Origin: a virus
DNA: 64,000 nt
Reading direction: 5' to 3' (one strand)
IMG/VR virus record: IMGVR_UViG_3300032235_000428
Coordinates: 38,461-102,460 of that record
Shown: piece by piece, positions 1-9,800 of the stretch
How positions within the stretch are numbered: position 1 is the first letter of the stretch
Layout: the number at the start of each line of letters is the position of its first letter
Program-made: the position numbers and the translations under genes
The notes under the pieces: generated by a model
Told to the model about the DNA's origin: nothing
Databases searched by the model: none
What the model saw: the letters and a program-made list of their open reading frames with translations, nothing else

Positions 1-3000
1 AATTACCAATCTTAAAGTCACCCAATTCATTAGTTCCAGAACAATAAACTCGTCCACCAAGCTCCGAAAGTTGTTCGGTAGATGTAATAGTTTTTCCTCC
101 GTTTTCTGGTAACGCATTATAATCTATACCAGATCCAGAAAACTCCCATGTATGTGATGATGAGTTGATAATAGAAGGTCTGTGGAAGTGTAAATTATAT
201 GCTTCTGGTAAACCACCGACACCATTAATAACTGTATCTGGTATAGTTGCACCAACTTTACATTCAACTGTATAATAAGTATTAATACCAGCAACTCCAG
301 TAACGGCAATAGATACTGGACTTCCGCTATGATCATTAATTTTTAATGTAGATACATTATCTGTTACTCCAAATAATCTGGTAATACCACTAGATGATTC
401 TACGGAAACAACTAATTCTCTCTTGGTAGAATTGTAAGTATATGCATATCCAACTGCAGTTCCACCAGGAACTAATTGTGTAATTTGTCTACCAGAAACA
501 AAGTTTAATGTTGATGATGTACTTGCAAGAGAAACAACTTGATAATTATCGTGAGAATCTAAAATTTCTGAAGCAAAAAACTCTACGTTACCTTTTTGGA
601 ATGTGTTAATTCCTGTAGGTGTTGATCTAGTATCAACAACTCTTGTTAAAGCTTCGTCTTCGTATAATTGGAATGTATTTGAATCAATATATCCTAAGTA
701 ATATTGGTTTCCACTAACCATACCCTCAATAACTCTTTGAGGAGCAGAATTTTCATCTCCAATGTAAAGTACGGTATCTGCGTTTAAAAATGGGTGTGCA
801 GTTACCGTAAATCTATCAGTAGCAGTATTGAGACCTACTGTAGGTAAGAATGTTGCCTGCGTTACAACTGGTTTAAAATCTGCAGTATCATCATTTCCAG
901 CATTATCAAAAAATCTTAAAACATATAGATCTTGATCAGTTCTACCGAGACCAATCGTTCTTAATGTTTGAGAACCACTTGAAGTTCCTGTAGCAGCAAC
1001 TCTACCTCTATCAAATACGTAAGATCTTTGATTGAACCCAGATGATCTTAATGCATATAAACCAAAGTTAGTTGCTGAGTTTGTAATGGATAAGTATCCA
1101 CCAGACTGTGTTAAAGATCCATATTTGCAGAAAATTTGGAAGCACGAAACTACCTGTGCATATCCATCATTTATAGTTCTCCATCCAATACCACCAAAAG
1201 AAACCATGGTAAATGCTGCAGCAACCATGGACTTACCAAATTGTGGTTGAGGTCCTGATACAGGATTTTCTGCTTCTTCTGGTATAATTGTAGTATTTGG
1301 TGTTTGTATTTTAGAACCATCAACTAAAATACCATTTCCTGCTAAGAATGAAAGAATAGAGCAGTTTTGAATATACGGTGATCTACTAATTAAAGGCTTA
1401 TCTGTTTTAACAGCATATCCAATTCTACTTGTAAATGTATCTGCTGGATCGTCGAATGCAATTGCATAATCAAAAGTATATTGGGGAACACCTGCAAGAT
1501 CGACATAATCTTTCATTGCAAATCCAGTTACATAGCATCCATTTCTAACTCTGAAAAGATCTTTGCCAGCATTCTGTGGTCTAATAATGGTATTTCTTAA
1601 ATTATCACCAACAACAGCAACATCTTCGTATAACAGAATTGGATTGTCTTCTACATAATTTCCAGCTTCAACAAATATACAAATTGGTTTTGATTGTGTA
1701 GTTGGTAAGGATAGTGCTGGTGCTGCAGTAGTACCTATACCAATGATTGTTGTTACAATACCTACAGAGTTTACAATTGCAGATCTAACATTAGCACAAT
1801 CTGTTGTTGCTCCTATTCCAGTTGCTGGGACTGCAGAAAGATTACCGTTTGTAATTGCTGCTGTTAAAATTCCAACCAAACTATCAATATTTGATCTGAT
1901 ATTTGCACAAGAAGATGGACTAGTGTTGAATCCAGTAACAGGATCAGCAATTATGGTCCTATCTTGATAATTTAAATTGTTGGTGATTGCTAGTTTTGCA
2001 TAATCTCTCGCTGCCTGGAATGCTGTTACTGATTGGGATTGTTCACCCAATAAACCATTTGATATTGGGGCACCACCTCCATTAAAATATGCTTTTGTTG
2101 CATATACTATATGTTGATTAGAACCGTAAGAAACATCCTGAGCTATAGCATCAACAATATATCCAAGATCTCTAGCACATTTTCTGCCACCTATAATATT
2201 TGTTGATCCAATACCAATACTTCCACAAATAACATTACATGATGTTGTAATTCCAGCAAAATAACCACCATTATATGATGGTAAACCTGTTGTACTTCCA
2301 GCACCTATAACAGAGGTAACAATTCCTACAAGAGAAACAATATTAGTTTGTACATCAAAACATGAGTTGGCACTAGTATTTGGTGGTGATGTACCTATTC
2401 CACCATATATTGTTGCTCCTACAGAAACCGTTAAATCTTTAATTGGTAGACGATTTGTTATCGCCTCCCTCATTAAATCTCCAGCGTATCTAAATGCATA
2501 AATGGTTTGCTGTTCTTCTCCAGCAAGACTACCAATACCAACCCCAGTAAAATATTTTAATACAAATTCTCTTGCATAATTATTACCACCAGTAAATACG
2601 TCTGTGGAAACAGCATCAATAAAATATCCTAAATCTCTTTTGCATTTATTAGGATTTGGATTTACAAATGCTGGGTATGCTGTTGAAATTCCTGCATACG
2701 AATAATCAATGATTGTTTGTCTATTTTGTTGGATTAATCTATAAGAATCATAGTATCTAGATCTTGCGTTTGTGGAACTTTCATTAGGAAAATAAAAATC
2801 TGAATGTGCAATTGCCACAGCAGCAAGAGACTTGTCAATAATTTCTTGTCTATTATTAATAATTAAGTTTCTGGCATCCTTTGCTCTATGGAAACTATTT
2901 GCATTTACATTATTTGGATCTTGAGTTATAGTAAAGTCAAAAGTTTGAGTAATTACATTTTGATATAATGTTGGTGGAGTTTGATTATTAATTACATATT

Positions 3001-3784
3001 GGGCTAAGAATTTTATGTAATTATATGCAAACAGTGCTTCACTTTCTTCACCTTGAACATAAGATACTCCACCACTCCAATAGGCAAAACCCGCCTCTAA
3101 AGATTTACTGTTACCACCATAAGAAAGATCGTAAGTGATAGCATCTACAATATATCCAACATCCCTAATACAAATTGCCCTATCATAATCTGGTTTATCT
3201 GTATAGATGTTTGGGTAATTAAATTCTAAATATGAAACAACTTCTTCTTGAATAAATTGTCTATTGGCAGTTAATAAGTTTCCAGCATCTATGTATCTAC
3301 CACCTGGTAAAGAAAATGATCTAAATGATGCTGCTTGTGCTGCCTTTTTAAGAGTTTTAAATGGTTTTGATCTACCATCATTACTATCATCTCCATTTGC
3401 AGAAGATACATAATATCTATTTTCATACAGTCCATTAGTATTAAATCCTAAAACACCATCAGCACCATAAGTCAAAACCTGACCATCAGTTCCAGCTTTT
3501 GCAGGTAGAGTTAAAGTGTATGATGATACAAATCCTGATGTCTGACTTGGTGGTGTAATTGTTATTCTCTGTCCACCACTTTCGATGGCAATTTGAGATT
3601 GGAAAGTGACTATTCCCATACCACCAGCACCGTTGGTGGCGGAAATAATTCCTACTGTTGTAACTCCAGTTACTTTTGTATGTGTAAAAGTAGTAACACC
3701 AGCTACTATGTTCCTATTAACATCGACAAGTCTTTCGGTATCAATGTTAATACCGTGCTTTACCCTAAAATTTTTGTCAGCCAA
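1..3784 (-). CDS. Large virion structural/fibre protein (3' end truncated by window): beta-helix (pectin-lyase-like) body with inserted phycobiliprotein-like helical domains
   Basis: Hand-translated from a TTG start at 3784 (MADKNFRVKHGINID...), with GGGGA RBS and TATAAATA upstream. Motifs YYVSSANGDDSNDG..PFKTLKKAA, IFVEAGNYVE, VVGDNLRNTIIRP, SPYIQNCS. Absent from the ORF track, consistent with no stop codon before the window edge. Confidence 0.85.
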   Translation of the reverse strand, partial: MADKNFRVKHGINIDTERLVDVNRNIVAGVTTFTHTKVTGVTTVGIISATNGAGGMGIVTFQSQIAIESGGQRITITPPSQTSGFVSSYTLTLPAKAGTDGQVLTYGADGVLGFNTNGLYENRYYVSSANGDDSNDGRSKPFKTLKKAAQAASFRSFSLPGGRYIDAGNLLTANRQFIQEEVVSYLEFNYPNIYTDKPDYDRAICIRDVGYIVDAITYDLSYGGNSKSLEAGFAYWSGGVSYVQGEESEALFAYNYIKFLAQYVINNQTPPTLYQNVITQTFDFTITQDPNNVNANSFHRAKDARNLIINNRQEIIDKSLAAVAIAHSDFYFPNESSTNARSRYYDSYRLIQQNRQTIIDYSYAGISTAYPAFVNPNPNKCKRDLGYFIDAVSTDVFTGGNNYAREFVLKYFTGVGIGSLAGEEQQTIYAFRYAGDLMREAITNRLPIKDLTVSVGATIYGGIGTSPPNTSANSCFDVQTNIVSLVGIVTSVIGAGSTTGLPSYNGGYFAGITTSCNVICGSIGIGSTNIIGGRKCARDLGYIVDAIAQDVSYGSNQHIVYATKAYFNGGGAPISNGLLGEQSQSVTAFQAARDYAKLAITNNLNYQDRTIIADPVTGFNTSPSSCANIRSNIDSLVGILTAAITNGNLSAVPATGIGATTDCANVRSAIVNSVGIVTTIIGIGTTAAPALSLPTTQSKPICIFVEAGNYVEDNPILLYEDVAVVGDNLRNTIIRPQNAGKDLFRVRNGCYVTGFAMKDYVDLAGVPQYTFDYAIAFDDPADTFTSRIGYAVKTDKPLISRSPYIQNCSILSFLAGNGILVDGSKIQTPNTTIIPEEAENPVSGPQPQFGKSMVAAAFTMVSFGGIGWRTINDGYAQVVSCFQIFCKYGSLTQSGGYLSITNSATNFGLYALRSSGFNQRSYVFDRGRVAATGTSSGSQTLRTIGLGRTDQDLYVLRFFDNAGNDDTADFKPVVTQATFLPTVGLNTATDRFTVTAHPFLNADTVLYIGDENSAPQRVIEGMVSGNQYYLGYIDSNTFQLYEDEALTRVVDTRSTPTGINTFQKGNVEFFASEILDSHDNYQVVSLASTSSTLNFVSGRQITQLVPGGTAVGYAYTYNSTKRELVVSVESSSGITRLFGVTDNVSTLKINDHSGSPVSIAVTGVAGINTYYTVECKVGATIPDTVINGVGGLPEAYNLHFHRPSIINSSSHTWEFSGSGIDYNALPENGGKTITSTEQLSELGGRVYCSGTNELGDFKIGN

Positions 3785-3822
3785 GGTTCAGTATCCCCTT
3801 TGCGTAATTTTTTATCTTAGTT

Positions 3823-3830
3823 TATTTATA
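3823..3830 (-). promoter_or_regulatory. T4-type late promoter TATAAATA
   Basis: Exact T4 late consensus overlapping the stop of the upstream gene, 38 nt before the TTG start. Confidence 0.75.
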
Positions 3831-6800
3831 TTCTATTAGCTATGAAGTTCACAACAACTGTAGTCACACCAACATTAGATACTGGAGTTACTCTTAGTGC
3901 AATATATCCAGGTGGTAATGAGTTATCTATCACTACATCATAAGATGCAACATCAACACCAGTAGAAATATTTGAATATTCTGAGTTATAGCATGTTACT
4001 CCATCATGAATGGACAATATTTTAGTTATTTGGTGAGTATTTCCAATAGAAGTTTGAACTGTATATTCAACGGATCTAAAATCAGATCTTGCCAAAGCAG
4101 TATGAACTTGTGCTGTTGCATTTGATGTTAAAGTTGTTGAAATAGTTCCAACTAATGTATTTCCTCTTATCTGAATGTCGCCATACACATGAAGTGCTGA
4201 ATTTGGTGAAGCGGTATTAATACCAACCGATCCAATTCCAGATGTTGCGTCTGCAAGTAATATTGTTCCACCAACGCCAACACGTAGACGGCCAGTTGTT
4301 GTTACTCCAGTATTATGAATGTCTTGAGATCTAATGATTGGGAACGTACCTACACCAGTTATGTTGATATTAGTGGCATTAAAGAAGTTGAAGTTAGAAA
4401 CATTTGGTGAATCTAATCTTTGTGTAAATGTTGCAATACCAGCATATAATAAGTTAGAACCGAAAATATCAAGATCATTAATTTCTAAACTAGTTCCCTT
4501 AATTGCATTAAATGTTGAAATTCCTGTAAATACACAATCAGAACCAATAATATCATTAACTGTAGCAATACCAGTGCTAACTAAATTAACATTTCTGAGT
4601 GTGTTAATAGTAGATACACCAGAATAATTTAAATTAGTACCGCTTACAAAAGTAATAATACCAACGTTTGCTCTTAATGTTGTTATTGACGCTATTCCAG
4701 AAGCATAAATGTCAGTATTTGTTATGCTTGTTAATGTTATATCAGTTGCTAATATCTTACCTAATGTACTTATACCAAGATAAGATAAGTTAGTTCCTAC
4801 TAAGTTTGGAATAGTTCCTAAACCAGAATAATTTAAATTAGTACCTGTAATAAAGGTTACAATACCAACATTAGTTCTGAAGTTATTAAAACTTCCTATA
4901 CCAGTACTATAAATGTTTACATTATCTATATCTTGATAAGTTGCTCTTGTACCAGAAATAGTAGTAACTACACCTGTTACTGCAAATAATGAATTAAGTT
5001 GTCCAATAGTATATGATACATTAGTTCCAGAAAGAGTAGTTACAAATCCAGAATTGGTGTATAAAGTATTAATAGTACCAATTCCACTGTATGCTACATT
5101 AGTACCAGTTAAATTAGTTACAACACCAACATTAGTGTATAAAGTTATAATTGTACCAATTCCACTATATGCTACATTAGTACCAGAAAGATAAGTTACA
5201 AATCCAACATTAGTGTATAATGTATTATTATTAGTAATGTTATCTAAAAATAATGTAGATGCATTTACTGTTACTAATGTAGTAACTCCAGATACTGATA
5301 GATTTTGATTGGATAGATATGTTACGAAACCAACGTTAGCATATAAAGTATTTACAGTACCAATTCCACTATATGATACATTAGTACCAGAAAGATAAGT
5401 TACAAGTCCAACATTAGATTTTAATGTAGAAATACTTGCAATACCTGCAAGATTGTCTCTTGAGAAGAATGCAGTTTCCGTTACAAACCCAACATTATTG
5501 GATGGTTGTGAAATTGTAATAGTATTTGTTCCTAAACCTACAATTCTTGTTCCAGAAGATATTCCACTTGGGGAATAAACAAAATCATTAATTTGTAGTG
5601 ATAATATAAAGGATGTGGGAAGACCAACTACGGTAGTATTAATTCCAATAGATGCTTCAGTACTTCCAGTACCAATGATATAATTTGTAGAAAGAATATA
5701 ATCTGATGTTAAAGTTGTTACTAATCCAACATTACTCTTCAATTGAGTAATGGTTCCAAGACCAGTTGTATAAATGTTGGTATTGTCTACTAATGGAATA
5801 GTTCCTATTCCAGCAAAGAAATTTGTAACATTTAGTGCAGTGACAAATCCAACGTTAGCAAAGAAATCTGATACACTAGTAATACCACTAGAATAAATCC
5901 TATCAGATTCTAAGTTTTCTGCTCCAATAGTGGTAGTTTGGAAGTTATCACCAACTGCGGATGTAATAGCAACATTTTGAACATTAAGATTTGCAATTGT
6001 TGAAGTTCCAACAATGTTCAAATCTACCGAATTTAGAGCGATAGTTCCTATTCTATTAGCAATAATTTCAAGAACATTTAAAACATTTGTTATTTCAGCA
6101 TCGGTTGCTGATAAAACACCAACAGTTGCAATCCCAACATTTATTAAATTAGATCTTATATCATTAATAGTTCCAATTCCACTATAAGATAAATTGGTTC
6201 CTGTTAAGAAAGTTACAATACCAACATTAGTCCTTAAATTAGTAAAACTTGCAATTCCAGTATTATAGAGATTTGTATTATCAATGTCTGGATATGTTGC
6301 TCTTGTACCAGAAATAGTAGTTACAAATCCAGTATTAACTCTTATTGCTGGTGTGGTTGTTACCCCAGTAACTTCTATATCTCTACCATAAAATGTAGTA
6401 ACATATCCAACATTGGTTCTTAAAACATCAATAGTACCAATACCACTATATACAATATTAGTACCAGTTAAATATGTAACTATACCAACGTTGGTATTTA
6501 AAATTGGTAATGTTGAGATTCCAGAATACCAAAGGTTTGTACCTATTAAATTAGTGACAAATCCAATATTAGTTCTTAAAGTATTGATAGTACCAACACC
6601 AGTATATTGAATATTAGTTCCACTTAAGAATGTAACAAGACCAACGCGAGCTGTTACTGTCTCAGCAGAAGAAATACCTGGAGTGTAGATATCGGTATTT
6701 ACGTATAAACGTTGTGCTGTGGTTATTCCTGTTATATTTGCATTAACAGTATCAAAATTAGTTAAAATACCAATATGTGCTTTTAATTTTGAAATACTAG

Positions 6801-9800
6801 CAACACCAGCACGAGGATCATCAACAACAGTTATAGTAGATGTTGTTGTCTGTGCTGCATTAATAGATGATGGTGTAATAGTAATGATACCTGGGGCATC
6901 TATAGAAAGAATCGTCGTATTTGGTAATAGTTCAGTTCCTGTAGAATAAACTGTCATTTCTGGGTTTAACCCAGCAGTACTGATGGCAATTTTATTCGTA
7001 CTTGGACCAATTATAGAATTATTTTGTGTTGCAATTAAAGTTTCATTATTGGTTAAAGTAAAATAATCTGCTTTTAAATTAGTAACAATTCCAACAGCAA
7101 TATAAGATTGATTAAAACTAGATATTCCAGTATAATAGATATTACTACCTAAAAGATTACCAACAGTTGCTATAAAAGTAGATGAGTTGTTAACATTGAG
7201 TATTGGTAATGTTGCAACACCAGTAATATTAATGTTACTAATACTGAGTTGAGCAGAACTTAATAATTCTTGTCCGCCAATTTTATATGATTTTGATGGA
7301 ACTAAGTTAAAGTCCTCAGTTGAGCTCCATGTATTTTGTTGTCTATCATAGAAAATACGTTTATCTGTAGTTCCTCTAAGTATAATTCCACCTTGATCTG
7401 CAGTATAATCTGTAGCACCCCCAACATCAAATGTAATATCACCAGTTGTAAGGTGTACAGCATCAACAGTAAATACTGAAGATGAAACTATTGATAAAAT
7501 TCTAACTGTACCAGCAGCTATAGAACCAGTACCACCAGTTTGTGTTATTGTCTGTCCTGGTATTAATCCAGTTGTAGTGTATATGTTTGGATCTAAAGTG
7601 ACTGCGTTTGCACCACTAACTATTGCTCCCTGTAATCCTGTAATAACAGATACAACACCAAGTTCAATATTTACATCATCTACCTGTAAAACTGAGGAAT
7701 TAAACGATGTAACAGTTCCATCAACAGTAAGATTTCCACCTACATTTAAATCTCCACGTATTGTTGAAACTCCAGTAACATTTAATGATGGGGTATTTAC
7801 AGTCCCAGAATTGTATATGTTTACTGAATTTATATCATTAGAGAAATTAGTAATACCATTTAAAGTTGATACACCAGCAACTACTAATTCATTTAAGTTG
7901 GTAGTTCCAAATGGTTGAATAATATCTGTAAAAAATGTAGATATACCAAGAACTTGTACATTATCAACATCTATTGCTGGTACAACTAAATTATGTCTAA
8001 TTGTAGTAACGCCTACAGAATTTCCAATAACTATATTCGTCGCATCACCAAATGCATTTACTGATGTAAGTGCTGTGTTGAATAGTGTTAATGTTCCAGT
8101 GCTTGTTCCAGAAATAGTTGGGTTAGCACCATTAATTGCAAAAGAAGTTGCATTAGGTAGTGAGAATGTAGTATTTCTTACAGTTGCTATTCCTGTAGTA
8201 GCACCCCAAACAATTGCTGTTGCTGCACCAAATGCATTTATTGATGTTAATGCTGTATTGAATAGTGTTAATGTTCCAGTACTTGTTCCAGAGATAGTTG
8301 GGTTAGCACCATTAATTGCAAAAGAAGTTGCATTGGGTAACGAAAATGTAAGATTTCTTACTGTTGCTATTCCTGTAGTGGCACCGATTAATAAATCAGT
8401 AGCAACACCAAATACATTTATTCTTGTTGCAACTGTATTATATAAGTTTTGAGATACTTGAGTACCAACAACTGTTGGATTACCAATTGTTAATGTGCCG
8501 CTGTTAGCACCAATATTAAATGTAGATGCAGCACCAAAGGCGTTTATAGTTGTATTAGTATTAAATACAGTAAAACTGGATTGAGTTGCACTAATAGAAG
8601 TTGCATTTGATAGATTTACTGAAGCATTTCTTATCGTAGTAACTCCAGTATTTGCTCCAATCAGTAAGTCTGCAGCAGCACCAAATGCATTTACTCTTGT
8701 TGCAACACTATTGAAAACATCTTGTGTTACTTGAGTACCAACAACTGTTGGATTACCAATTGTTAATGTGCCGCTGTTAGCACCAATATTAATAGATGAT
8801 GCCTGACCAAAAGCATTTACAGTATTTGCAATTGTATTGTAAACGTTCTGTGTTGCACTTTGACCAATTAAAGTTGATGGTCTTAATGTTAACGTAGCGT
8901 TAGTTGAACCAATACCGATCGCTGTTGCTTGCCCAAAAGCATTAACAGTAGTTGTTCCAGTATTATAAAGATTTTGTGTTGTATTACCACCAACAATTGT
9001 TATCGGTCTTAATGTTAATGTTGCATTAGTTGAACCAATACCAATAGTTGTTGCTTCTCCGAAAGCATTAACAGTAGTTAGATTTGTATTGAATAGAGTT
9101 AATGTTCCAGTTGAAGAACCAGATATAGTTGGATTATTTCCATTTATATCAACTGTGGATGCATTAGGTAAAGAAAATACAGTGTTTCTTACTGTAGCAA
9201 ATCCACTTATTGCACCTAATAGAAGATTATTTGCTGCCCCAAATGCATTTACCGATGTTGCAATTGTATTGTAAACATTCTGTGTTGCATTAGTACCAAC
9301 TATTGTTGATGGTCTAGCCGTTAGGGTTGCATTGGTTGAACCAATACCAATAGATGTTGCTTGTCCAAATGCGGTAACTGTAGTTGCTACAGTATCATAA
9401 AGATTTTGGGTTACTTGAGTGCCAACAACTGTTGGATTACCTACAGTTAAAGTGCCCGAGTTTGCACCAATATTTAATGTTGTTGCTGCACCAAAAGCAT
9501 TAACTGTAGTTGCTACTGTATTATAAACATTTTGTGTTGCATTAGTACCAACTATTGTTGATGGTCTAGCCGTTAGGGTTGCATTGGTTGAACCAATACC
9601 AATAGATGTTGCTTGCCCAAAAGCATTAACTGTAGTTGTTACTATATTATACAGATTTTGGGTTGCTTGAGTACCAACTACTGTAGGATTACCGATTGTT
9701 AAAGTACCACTATTAGCACCAATATTCAATGTTGATGCTGCACCAAAAGCATTAACGGTGGTTGTTCCTGTATTATATAAATTTTGTGTTGAATTTCCTC

